In this document: positions 43,961 to 52,875 of the stretch, in pieces | Position numbering within the stretch: position 1 is the first letter of the stretch | Layout of the letters: every line of letters starts with the position of its first letter | Assembly: GCA_947459535.1 (NCBI GenBank) | Contig: CANHDY010000001.1 | Location: 4,653 to 68,652 of the forward strand | Reading direction: 5' to 3' | From: Rickettsiales bacterium | Lineage (GTDB): Bacteria > Pseudomonadota > Alphaproteobacteria > Rickettsiales > SXRF01 | DNA length: 64,000 bases | The notes under the pieces: model-generated | What the model saw: only the letters and a program-made list of their open reading frames with translations | What the model was told of the DNA's origin: nothing | Databases searched by the model: none | Program-made: the position numbers and the translations under genes

Positions 43961-45769
43961 CTATGACGCAAGCGATACATCTTCGATCATCAGCTGCGCG
44001 GTGATGTTGCCGTTATAGTGGTTTTCCTTAAGGTGGCCAATCAGCGAAATCTCCTTGCCGCGTGAAGAAAGTAGGCTGTCGCCCAGCTTGGTACCCACCG
44101 CGCGAAAGGCAATGGCGTTCAGGCGGGCGTTACTCAGGCGGTCGATCAGCAGCGTGCGGATATGCTGCTCGCCCACAATCTCCGGCTTCAAATTCACGGC
44201 ATGATCCACCATCAGCCGCACCGAAGGGTTGCCCTGCCCGAACGGCTCCAGCTGTTTCAGAGTATCGATCAGCTGGGTGGTCGCGCCGCCCACCGCCACA
44301 CGCGCATCAATTCGGTAGTGACGCTTTCGCGATATGTCGCCCACTTGGCGGCGAATATGATCACCAAGGAATTGTTCCAGCTGCGGAATATATTCTTCTT
44401 TGACCGTAAAGCCAGCCGCCATGGCATGACCACCGCCCGCAACCAAAAGGCCGCTGCCCAGCGCCGCAATCACCGCCGCGCCCAGATCCACCCCGCTCAC
44501 ACTGCGCGCCGAGGCCTTGCCCACACCATCTTTCAGAGCGATCACCGCGCACGGCACATTAAAACGTTCCTTCACCCTGCCCGCGACAATGCCGATTACC
44601 CCCGGGTGCCAGCCCTCGCCGGAAAGCAGCAGCACCGGCGCATTCTGCGGCGCGCACTCAGCAAGCGCCATGGCTTCTTCCAGCACACCCGCCTCAATGG
44701 CGCGGCGCTCTTCGTTGTAGCGCTCCAGCTCAGCGGCAAGCATCGTTGCCTCTTCTTCATTCTCGCTGGTGAGAATACGCACACCAAGATCCGACTTGCC
44801 CACGCGCCCGCCAGCATTGATGCGCGGCCCCAGAATAAAACCGCAATGATAGGCCGCAAGCTGACCATCGGCGCGCGCGGTCTGCAGCAGCGTGCGAATG
44901 CCGATATTCTGCTTAGCTGCCATCACTTTCAGCCCTTGCGCGACCAGTGCGCGGTTAGCGCCGATAAGCGGCACCACATCCGCCACCGTGCCCAGCGCGA
45001 CAATATCGAGGAGTTGTTTCAGGTCAGGTAAAGGTCGTGGTTCGTGGTTCGTGGTTCGTGGTTCGTGATTTCGCAGCACTCGATTCACCGCCACACACAG
45101 GAGGAATGCCACGCCCACCGCTGCAAGGTACGTATGCGGTGAGGTTTCATCGAGCCGGTTGGGGTTCACCAGCGCAAGGCATTTAGGTTTTTTCGCCTCA
45201 CCCTGATGATGATCCACCACCACCACATCCAGCCCCGCGTCATGCGCTGCCTCCAGCGGAGCAAAGGAAAGTGTGCCGCAATCCACCGTAATGACAAGGC
45301 TGGCGCCCTGCTCTTTCAGCAAAAGCAGGCCAGCGCTATTAGGGCCATAACCCTCCTTCATACGATCCGGAATATAAACCAATGGCTCGCTGCCCAGCGC
45401 ACGCAAATAGCGCACCAGCAGCGCAGAAGACGTCGCGCCATCCACATCATAATCGCCCCAGATGGCGATGGTTTCCCCCGCCAGCACCGCCGCCGCCACA
45501 CGCTCTGCCGCCACCTCCATATCCAGCAAATGTGCTGGATCCGGCAAAGATGATTTAAGGCTGGGATTAAGGAAATCATGAACCTGCTCAGTGGTAACAC
45601 CGCGCGCTACCAGAATTCGTGAGAGTATCTCTGGTAGATCATGCGCGTGCATCACCTGCTGCACCAGATGCTCAGGGGCTTGGCTAAATTGCCATGAAGC
45701 GCCGGTCGCGGAAACGAGGTGAGAGGATGATTGGATGATTGGATGATGAAGTGAGTTTGTGCTATGCAT
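43961..45769 (-). CDS. recJ: single-stranded-DNA-specific exonuclease RecJ
   Basis: DHH motifs 'IWGDYDVDGATS', 'VVVDHH', 'GGGHAMAAG'. Contains an in-frame heptamer tract. Confidence 0.92.
   Translation of the reverse strand: MHSTNSLHHPIIQSSSHLVSATGASWQFSQAPEHLVQQVMHAHDLPEILSRILVARGVTTEQVHDFLNPSLKSSLPDPAHLLDMEVAAERVAAAVLAGETIAIWGDYDVDGATSSALLVRYLRALGSEPLVYIPDRMKEGYGPNSAGLLLLKEQGASLVITVDCGTLSFAPLEAAHDAGLDVVVVDHHQGEAKKPKCLALVNPNRLDETSPHTYLAAVGVAFLLCVAVNRVLRNHEPRTTNHEPRPLPDLKQLLDIVALGTVADVVPLIGANRALVAQGLKVMAAKQNIGIRTLLQTARADGQLAAYHCGFILGPRINAGGRVGKSDLGVRILTSENEEEATMLAAELERYNEERRAIEAGVLEEAMALAECAPQNAPVLLLSGEGWHPGVIGIVAGRVKERFNVPCAVIALKDGVGKASARSVSGVDLGAAVIAALGSGLLVAGGGHAMAAGFTVKEEYIPQLEQFLGDHIRRQVGDISRKRHYRIDARVAVGGATTQLIDTLKQLEPFGQGNPSVRLMVDHAVNLKPEIVGEQHIRTLLIDRLSNARLNAIAFRAVGTKLGDSLLSSRGKEISLIGHLKENHYNGNITAQLMIEDVSLAS
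45036..45070. repeat. direct heptamer tract (CGTGGTT)x4 + CGTGATT inside recJ
   Basis: Read directly. Translated on the minus strand as RNHEPRTTNHEPRP. Confidence 0.95.
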
Positions 45770-45817
45770 GAAATATGATTATCACCTAAACATTCAAATA
45801 TCCATCCATCCAACTGA

Positions 45818-45844
45818 CAGGATCCCCGCTTTCGCGGGGATGAC
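45818..45844. repeat. half element CAGGATCCCCGCTTTCGCGGGGATGAC
   Basis: Read directly. Its ATGAC terminus supplies the first ATG of the O-methyltransferase ORF. Confidence 0.75.
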
Positions 45845-46502
45845 AAACGTGCCCCGCGAACATATCACCCCGAACATCGACTATATCCGCAAGCTCTACG
45901 CGCCGCAAGACAGCTTGCTAGCCAGCATTGCCGACACATTGAAAAAGCTGGATATCGCGTGGCAGGTAGGCCCCGAAGAGGGCAAGCTGCTGCAGCTGCT
46001 CATTCGCCTAAGCGGCGCGCGGCGCGTGGTGGAAATCGGCACGCTTGTTGGCTATTCCACGATCTGGATGGCGCGCGCCCTGCCAGATGGCGGCCAGATT
46101 TTCACCATCGGCAAAGACCCTGAGCATAATGCCATGGCGAAACATTTTTTTGACCAGTCCGATGTGGCTGAGCGCATCACCCTGCTCGAGGGCGACGCGC
46201 ACCTGATCCTGCCGGTGCTTTCCAAACAAGCGCCTTACGATATGGTGTTTATCGATGCCGATAAAATCAGCTATCCGGATTATCTGGATTGGGCAGAGGA
46301 AAATATCCGCCCCGGCGGGCTGATTGTGGCAGATAACACGCTGCTGTTTGATGCCGCTTCGCTGGATGCACCGCCGCCCGGCATTGCCCCCAAAACATGG
46401 CAGGCCATGCGCCGCTTTAACGAACGCTTAGCCGATAAAAATAAATTCTTCGGGCTGATTATTCCGACCGCGGAAGGAATGAGCGTGGCGGTGAAAATGT
46501 GA
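45840..46502 (+). CDS. class I O-methyltransferase (caffeoyl-CoA OMT/YrrM-like)
   Basis: 'VVEIGTLVGYSTIWMA', 'FIDADK'. The start ATG lies in the GGGATGAC repeat terminus, so the start is uncertain. Confidence 0.8.
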   Translation: MTNVPREHITPNIDYIRKLYAPQDSLLASIADTLKKLDIAWQVGPEEGKLLQLLIRLSGARRVVEIGTLVGYSTIWMARALPDGGQIFTIGKDPEHNAMAKHFFDQSDVAERITLLEGDAHLILPVLSKQAPYDMVFIDADKISYPDYLDWAEENIRPGGLIVADNTLLFDAASLDAPPPGIAPKTWQAMRRFNERLADKNKFFGLIIPTAEGMSVAVKM

Positions 46503-46504
46503 CT

Positions 46505-46667
46505 GTCATCCCGGAAAATTTTGCAGGAGCAAAATTTATCCGGGATCCAGTGAAGCAAAAAGTCAAAAGACTTTTTGTGTTTTACTATTTGACGACCAAA
46601 GTCTACTGACTTTGATCTTTTCTGGATCCCGTGCTCGCTACGCTACTGCTTCGCTCCACGGGATGAC
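46505..46667. repeat. composite element with two internal GTC..GAC hairpins
   Basis: gtcatcccggaaaatttt..aaaatttatccgggatccag + hairpins at 46555-46577 and 46597-46614 + ctggatcccgtgctcgc..gctccacgggatgac. Confidence 0.85.
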
Positions 46668-46671
46668 GGCT

Positions 46672-47217
46672 TCAATACCCAAGCACGTCCAGAATTTCTT
46701 CGAGCTCATCAACCACATGATAATAGGTCGCGACTTCGGTTTTGGCGAATTTCTGCTCGATGATGTTTTTCATCAGCGCAATCAGCGGATCCCAGTAGCC
46801 CTGATAGTTAAAAATAATGACCGGCTTATCGTGCAGCAGCAGCTGCTTCCACGTTAAAATCTCAAACATCTCATCCATGGTGCCGAAGCCGCCGGGGAAC
46901 ACAATAAAGGCATCCGAGCGGTCAAACATGTTCTGTTTGCGCTCGTGCATGGTGTTCACGATGATGATTTCAGTGAGCGACTGATGCTCGTTTTCGATGT
47001 TGCGAAGTGATACTGGGAATACACCCGTCACATGGCCGCCGGCCTTCATGGTCGAGTTCGCCACCGCGCCCATCACACCGCAATCACCGCCGCCATAAAC
47101 GAGCGTGATGCCGCGCGAGGCAAGCAGCTTTCCGAATTCAGCACCGATATCGAGGAATTTTTTATCAACCGCATTGGATGCGCCGCAAAAGACGCACAGA
47201 GATTTGTTTTGTTTCAT
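46672..47217 (-). CDS. LOG-family (TIGR00730) nucleotide phosphoribohydrolase
   Basis: 'VYGGG..GVMG', 'PGGFGTMDE'. Confidence 0.85.
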   Translation of the reverse strand: MKQNKSLCVFCGASNAVDKKFLDIGAEFGKLLASRGITLVYGGGDCGVMGAVANSTMKAGGHVTGVFPVSLRNIENEHQSLTEIIIVNTMHERKQNMFDRSDAFIVFPGGFGTMDEMFEILTWKQLLLHDKPVIIFNYQGYWDPLIALMKNIIEQKFAKTEVATYYHVVDELEEILDVLGY

Positions 47218-47286
47218 TGGCTTCCTGCTAGTATTTTTCCATCTTCTCGTACACTATTATTCTACGTCCGCAAAGGTTACTTTTTC

Positions 47287-48069
47287 GTGAAAAACATTAA
47301 AACTATTGTGATTACAGGGGCTAGCAGCGGCCTAGGGGCGGCGCTGGCCAGAGCTTACGCGCGCCCGGGGGCGCAGCTGCACCTGCTTGGCCGAAACGAG
47401 GAAAGGCTGCAAGAAATCGCCAATCTTTGCATGGAAAACGAGGCGAGCGTTCGTACTTATGCGGTGGATGTCACCAGCCGCGAGGCAATGGCCGCCTGCC
47501 TGCATGCCATTGACCGCGAAAGCCCAGTTGATCTGGTAATTGCCAATGCCGGCATCTCCGCGGGCACCGGCGGCGGCACCGAAGATGACGAGCAGGTGCG
47601 CCGTATCTTTGCCACCAATGTGGATGGCGTTTTAAATACCATACAGCCGCTGATTGAACCGATGGCCGCACGAAAGCGCGGGCAGATCGTCATCATCAGC
47701 TCGCTCGCGGGCATCCGCGGCCTGCCCTCCTGTCCGGCCTACAGCGCCTCGAAAGCCGCGGTGCGTTATTATGGCGAGGCACTGCGCGGTGTTTTAGGCA
47801 AACATGGCGTGCGGGTGAATGTGGTCTGCCCCGGCTATATCGATACGCCGATGACCAAGGTGAATGACTTCCCGATGCCGCTGATGATGAGCGCGGATAA
47901 AGCAGCCTCCACCATTATGCGTGGCTTGGAAAAAAACCGCTCGCGCATCGCTTTTCCACTGGCGCTGCATGCGCCGCTCTGGCTTCTTTCCTGTTTTTCA
48001 CCAACACTTACCGACTGGTTTTTCGCCAGACTTCCGGCTAAACCAATGGCAGCTTCATCAGCGCGCTGA
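47287..48069 (+). CDS. SDR-family oxidoreductase
   Basis: 'ITGASSGLG', 'YSASKAAV'. GTG start chosen to avoid overlapping the LOG gene. Confidence 0.8.
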   Translation: MKNIKTIVITGASSGLGAALARAYARPGAQLHLLGRNEERLQEIANLCMENEASVRTYAVDVTSREAMAACLHAIDRESPVDLVIANAGISAGTGGGTEDDEQVRRIFATNVDGVLNTIQPLIEPMAARKRGQIVIISSLAGIRGLPSCPAYSASKAAVRYYGEALRGVLGKHGVRVNVVCPGYIDTPMTKVNDFPMPLMMSADKAASTIMRGLEKNRSRIAFPLALHAPLWLLSCFSPTLTDWFFARLPAKPMAASSAR

Positions 48070-49366
48070 TGCGGGCGAGAATGGCGCGGCAGCGGTGATA
48101 AAGCTCAGGATTGCCAATCATGGCCGGGGTGAGTTCGCCGGGGTAATCGCTGGCGATGATGGCCTCGAGCCCAGCTATCAGCGCATCGTCCGCCAGCACA
48201 TTCACACGGGCTTTCATCGCGGCGATCTGCGCTTCATCCATCACCACACGCAGGCGCAGGCAGGCAGGCCCGCCGCCATTATTCATGCTCTGGCGCAGGT
48301 CTGCAAAGCGAATATCATCAATCGGATTGGTTGCATCCTGGCGCAGCCGCTCCATCACACGCGCCGCCTTGCCGGCGTATAAATCGCGCGTTTCCGTGGG
48401 GGCAATCACCGTCATACCGCCATCCGGCCGCGTGATAATCTGGCTGTTGAAAAAATAAGTATGCACCGCCTCTTCAACCTCAAGTTCGCCGCGCGGAATC
48501 ATGAGCGTCGTCAAGCGTTGGTTGGTCGCTCGGTGGTAGGCGGCGCGAATGCGCTCGATATCATCAGCGCCGCTTACATAGGCCGACTCATGCGCGAGGA
48601 GCACATGCTGGTTAGAAACCGCAATCACATCATTGTGAAACACCCCCTGCTTAATCACCTCCGGATGTTGCTTCACATACAATGCACGCTCGTTTGCGAC
48701 ATGATGCTGCCTGCGAATCTCATCAAAAGCGGATAAGGGCTGGCGCGCGCTTGGCGGGTCATCCGCACGACCATCCGTGCCGTAAACATAGACATTCAGG
48801 CCGGGTGAATCATGGCGCGAGCTGAGGCGCATATGGTTTGCCGCACCTTCATCACGAAAACCCTTGCTTGCATCCAGCGGCGCGTGCACGTGCGTGCGCG
48901 GTACATCCTTGAACATGGCGGCAAGCACGCGGTAAGTATCCGCCGCCTCAATACGCCGGTGCAGGTTGGTGTGAAGATTAGCAACGGTCAGATGCAGCTG
49001 GCCGTCGCCGCTATCGCTGGCGGTGGTCACGGTCGCGGCGTTGGCCGTCCACATCGCAGAGCTGGAGGTCATTTTTTCCAGCAGCTCTGGCTTTTCACGC
49101 GCAGCGGTGCGAATCACCTCATCATCGCTGCCGGAGAAAAACTCCCGCAAGACCGGCAGATGCGGGCGAAGCTGCGGCGGCATGATGCCCGCCGTGATGC
49201 CCAGCGAGCGAAGGAGAGAAACCAGAGCCAAGGCTTGAAACGCTGCCTGTTTTGGGCTAGAGCTTAGTCCGCGGTTAAGGTTTGAGGCGACATTGTCGCC
49301 AGAAAGCCCACCGTAATTATGGGTGGGGCCAGGCAGCCCCACAAAGATCACTTCTTCTGCACGCAT
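48038..49366 (-). CDS. astB: N-succinylarginine dihydrolase
   Basis: 'VGLPGPTHNYGGLS'. Length and overall pattern match AstB. ATG at 49372 is an alternative start. Confidence 0.85.
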   Translation of the reverse strand: MRAEEVIFVGLPGPTHNYGGLSGDNVASNLNRGLSSSPKQAAFQALALVSLLRSLGITAGIMPPQLRPHLPVLREFFSGSDDEVIRTAAREKPELLEKMTSSSAMWTANAATVTTASDSGDGQLHLTVANLHTNLHRRIEAADTYRVLAAMFKDVPRTHVHAPLDASKGFRDEGAANHMRLSSRHDSPGLNVYVYGTDGRADDPPSARQPLSAFDEIRRQHHVANERALYVKQHPEVIKQGVFHNDVIAVSNQHVLLAHESAYVSGADDIERIRAAYHRATNQRLTTLMIPRGELEVEEAVHTYFFNSQIITRPDGGMTVIAPTETRDLYAGKAARVMERLRQDATNPIDDIRFADLRQSMNNGGGPACLRLRVVMDEAQIAAMKARVNVLADDALIAGLEAIIASDYPGELTPAMIGNPELYHRCRAILARISALMKLPLV

Positions 49367-49370
49367 ACTC

Positions 49371-50711
49371 ATGAGCTCTACCACACACCTGCTTGAGACA
49401 ATTTTCAACCACGATTTTGCACGCCTTGAGAAACCTCAGGATTTTCAGCATATTTTCTTTGATACGGCGCTGGATCTGGAGGAGCTGGAGCAGGTATTTG
49501 CTCATATTCAGCCACAAACCCTGACGATCGGCGGCCGCGACATCACCTCAGCGATGACCATCAAGGGCAAGAAATCACCCACTGCGCCCTTTTGCATCCT
49601 CGCGCAGCTGCACGGCAACGAGCCAGCAGGCCTTGCTGGCATCCTCATGGCCATGGCGCTGTCTGAAGCAGGGCTTTTGGAAGAAGATGTGGTGGCGGTG
49701 ATTGGTAACCCGCTGGCAGCCGCGCAATATTTCAAAGCACGCAAAGATGCGCCCGAGGCACGTCAGGAAACGCGAGATGCGTTTCGCTGCGGCGTGGCGG
49801 ATGACGGCTCGCTGCTGCCGGACATGAACCGTATTCCGACCGATTTTCTGTCGCGCACAGCGGATTCGCATCACATCAAACGCGCGCAGGAGCTTTATCA
49901 TATCGGCCAGCATATTTCCGGCATCGCCGATATCCACACCGCGCGCGGCAACATGATTCTCATCACCGATCATAAGCGCGATCAGGATTTAAAATTTTCG
50001 CCGATTCGTAGCGTGCTGATTGGTCTTGCTGACGCAATTTCTGCTCACGCCTCCGGCGCTGTGACGCTGCAAACGCTCAAAACCATCCTCGCGCCACTGC
50101 CAAATATTGGCTATCAGGTTGGCATCGAAGCCGGTCGCCACGAAGAGCCCTATGCGCCGCACGTGGCCGCCTCGTTCATTCTTTCGGCGCTTCACACGCT
50201 GGGGCTGACCGCGGTCAAACCGCTGCACGAAAAAGAAAACGGCGCTTTCACGGGTTATCATGTCAAACCACGCATCACCTACGCCGACCTGACGACAAGC
50301 GGCAACGCCCGGCCAGATGATGAGATTTACATGGTCACCGAATGCCACTCGGCGGATGCCATCCCTAAACAAAGCGACCGTGTGGTGGTGAAGCTGAAAG
50401 ATGGTAGCTACCAAGTCCAGACTATTTTAGAAAATATCATCAGCCCCAAGGGCGAGCTGGCATATGCCATCTATCAGTACGATGAGATGGTGCATATCAA
50501 GAAAGACCATGTCGTGGCACTCGCCGTTCCTTCGGGCGTGACCTACCGCACGCCATTTGACCTGTGGGGCATTTTCTTTTCCAAATCCAGCTCGCTCTAT
50601 GACAAAGACCCCGCCGTGGGCCCCTGGCCGCTTACGCCGGATAAACTCGCCAGCACCAAATTCTGCTATCCGTGCCAGCTGGAAAAACTGAAGATTGCAT
50701 TCACTAGCTAA
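49371..50711 (+). CDS. succinylglutamate desuccinylase/aspartoacylase-family zinc hydrolase (AstE-like, long form)
   Basis: 'QLHGNEPAG' zinc motif. Adjacent to astB. Longer than AstE proteins as I recall them. Confidence 0.6.
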   Translation: MSSTTHLLETIFNHDFARLEKPQDFQHIFFDTALDLEELEQVFAHIQPQTLTIGGRDITSAMTIKGKKSPTAPFCILAQLHGNEPAGLAGILMAMALSEAGLLEEDVVAVIGNPLAAAQYFKARKDAPEARQETRDAFRCGVADDGSLLPDMNRIPTDFLSRTADSHHIKRAQELYHIGQHISGIADIHTARGNMILITDHKRDQDLKFSPIRSVLIGLADAISAHASGAVTLQTLKTILAPLPNIGYQVGIEAGRHEEPYAPHVAASFILSALHTLGLTAVKPLHEKENGAFTGYHVKPRITYADLTTSGNARPDDEIYMVTECHSADAIPKQSDRVVVKLKDGSYQVQTILENIISPKGELAYAIYQYDEMVHIKKDHVVALAVPSGVTYRTPFDLWGIFFSKSSSLYDKDPAVGPWPLTPDKLASTKFCYPCQLEKLKIAFTS

Positions 50712-50732
50712 ATTAGCTATAATAATAGCTAA
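50712..50732. promoter_or_regulatory. inverted repeat TTAGCTAT-aata-ATAGCTAA overlapping TATAAT, candidate TA operator/promoter
   Basis: Lies directly upstream of the phd-like gene. GGAG lies 7 nt before ATG 50748. Confidence 0.45.
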
Positions 50733-50747
50733 TATTGGAGATGACGA

Positions 50748-50999
50748 ATGCTTAATATTTCCGCGACAGAAGCCAAAAATCACCTTGCTGGAGTCATGGA
50801 AAATGCTCTGAAAGAGCCGGTGGTGATTGAAAAAAATGGAAGACCCTATGTGGTGATGATGTCTGTTGCAGAATTTGAAAAAAGCGCTTCCAGGCGTCAC
50901 AAGGAATCCTTCCTTCGCCTTTGCCATGAGCTTGGCAAACGTGCCGAGAAGCGCGGCATGACGCCAAAAATTCTGCAATCAATCCTACGCGACGCCTAA
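50748..50999 (+). CDS. Phd/YefM-family antitoxin
   Basis: 'ATEAKNHLAGVMENALKEPVVIEKNGRP.VVMMS..EF'. Confidence 0.8.
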   Translation: MLNISATEAKNHLAGVMENALKEPVVIEKNGRPYVVMMSVAEFEKSASRRHKESFLRLCHELGKRAEKRGMTPKILQSILRDA

Positions 51000-51388
51000 T
51001 GCGTCTGGTCATTGATACCAATGTTTTAATCAGCGCATTGTTTTGGCCAACTTCAATCGTCAGCGAGCATATTTTCAATCTGCTCCAGAATCACACTATT
51101 CTGCGCTCCAGTGAAACTTACGCTGAGCTTGCTGAAGTCATCATGCGACGTAAATTTGATGATTATTTATCAACCGCTGAGCGCGAATTATTTCTTGCCT
51201 CATTTCTAGAAATCAGCGAGCCGATACTGATCACCAAACGCGTCAGCAAGTGCCGTGATCCACGCGATAACAAGTTTCTGGAACTCGCCGTTTGCGGCAA
51301 GGCAAGCAGTATCATCACAGGTGACAAGGATTTACTCGCGCTGCATCCGTTTAGACGCATCAAGATCATGAATCCTGCATCGCTATGA
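50999..51388 (+). CDS. PIN-domain toxin (VapC-like)
   Basis: 'LVIDTNVLISA' and 'IITGDKDLL'. Start overlaps the antitoxin stop codon. Confidence 0.8.
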   Translation: MRLVIDTNVLISALFWPTSIVSEHIFNLLQNHTILRSSETYAELAEVIMRRKFDDYLSTAERELFLASFLEISEPILITKRVSKCRDPRDNKFLELAVCGKASSIITGDKDLLALHPFRRIKIMNPASL

Positions 51389-52852
51389 CATGACCACATC
51401 TTTGTTCTGCGCAATGCGGCGGAAATGGGTCTGGCGCGTAAACGCCGCCAGTGGATCAGCGCTGTTTAAAATCTCGCCGCAGCCGGAATGTTTATTGCCG
51501 CCAAAACCCATGCCATAAGCCGGGGTGCCGGTTCCCTTCGGCGAATTAATGAGGATGTGGCCTGCCTCCGCGCGCGCCGCAAACAAATCTGCTTCGCTTT
51601 GGCTCTGGGTATAAAACGCTGCGACCAGCCCGCTATTTTCCGGCGCATTCACCATGCTGATGGCCTCATCCAGCGTCTCATACGGCACCACATAAAGCAG
51701 CGGCGCAAACGTTTCTTCATGCATCGCAGCCGTCTGGGTAGAAAGCAGCACCAGCGCCGGCTCCGTGCGATACACGCCAGCGGGGCTATCTAGTTTCGCG
51801 CCCATCACAATCCGCCCGCCTTCCTTCTGTGCCTTAGCCTTCGCCGCCTCAAAGCGCCTGTAGCCATCTTCATCAATCAATACTGCATAGCCATAAGCAT
51901 TCTCAGGATCGCTGGCCTGCGCAGCCATAAATTGCCTGAGCAATTGTTCCAGAATCGAAACGGACTCATCGTAAAGGCTGCGCTGGATAAACAGACGGCG
52001 CGTGTTGGTGCAGCGCTGGCCGGTGGTGCCAAGAAACGAGGTTAGAATGGCGGCAAGCGACCAGTTTAAATGCTCTTTGCTGACATGGTTTGAAATAACA
52101 ACGCCGTTATTGCCGCCCAGCTCCAGAATCGGAGGTATGCTGTTGTTCTTCTTGGCGGCCAGTAGTTTTTTAATGCCCATGCCCATCCCAACACTGCCGG
52201 TGGCCGATACCATATCCACCGATTCATGCGCCACCAGCGCCTCGCCCACCTCGCGCCCGCCAATCGCCACCTCGAGCAGGCCCGCATCTGCGCCCATCAC
52301 ACGGTCAAACACGGCTTTAACCGCCAGCGCCGTGAGCGGTGTTTTTTCCGATGGCTTCCACAGCACGCTATTGCCCGCAAGCAGCGCCGGCGCCAGACTC
52401 CAATGCGCCACAGCAATAGGAAAATTAAACGATGTAATCAGCCCCACCACCCCCACTGGCGGGCGCTCCTTGCGGCGGCTCATACCGCCCTGCTCGGGCA
52501 GCGTCGCCTGCTTGATGGTGTTCGTGATGGTAGCCTCCGCGCTGTCGGTTTCGGCGAGCGCTTCTTTCATGGTTTTGCCAGCTTCCTCCGACAAAATCGC
52601 TGCAATCACCTCGCGCTGCTCTTTAAGTGCAGCGGCGTATTGCACGAGTTTTTTCTCACGCTCGCTGGCCGCAAGCGCCGCCCATGCGCCCTGCGCACGG
52701 GTCAGCTTGCTGAGTTTGTCAGAAATGGTGGCGGGTAAATCCAGTGGGATCGTCGCAATCAGCGCGCCGTGGTGCGGGCTGTGCACCGCAAGGCCGGAAG
52801 GCGCTGTCTTGATCGCGAGTTGATGCATGGCATCGGCAAACGAATGTGGCAT
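51383..52852 (-). CDS. aldehyde dehydrogenase (AstD position; ALDH7-like active-site motifs)
   Basis: 'ELGGNN', 'GQRCTNTRRLFI'. Start set at 'MPHSFADAM'. Confidence 0.8.
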   Translation of the reverse strand: MPHSFADAMHQLAIKTAPSGLAVHSPHHGALIATIPLDLPATISDKLSKLTRAQGAWAALAASEREKKLVQYAAALKEQREVIAAILSEEAGKTMKEALAETDSAEATITNTIKQATLPEQGGMSRRKERPPVGVVGLITSFNFPIAVAHWSLAPALLAGNSVLWKPSEKTPLTALAVKAVFDRVMGADAGLLEVAIGGREVGEALVAHESVDMVSATGSVGMGMGIKKLLAAKKNNSIPPILELGGNNGVVISNHVSKEHLNWSLAAILTSFLGTTGQRCTNTRRLFIQRSLYDESVSILEQLLRQFMAAQASDPENAYGYAVLIDEDGYRRFEAAKAKAQKEGGRIVMGAKLDSPAGVYRTEPALVLLSTQTAAMHEETFAPLLYVVPYETLDEAISMVNAPENSGLVAAFYTQSQSEADLFAARAEAGHILINSPKGTGTPAYGMGFGGNKHSGCGEILNSADPLAAFTRQTHFRRIAQNKDVVMS

Positions 52853-52875
52853 AGGCACCGCCTGAAAGTTTTTGC

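Noticed and set aside
45759-45839. Upstream extension of the O-methyltransferase ORF ('...HPTDRIPAFAGMT')
   Set aside because: It overlaps the recJ 5' end and reads through a palindromic half element. 'IPAFAGMT' is a typical repeat-derived pseudo-peptide.
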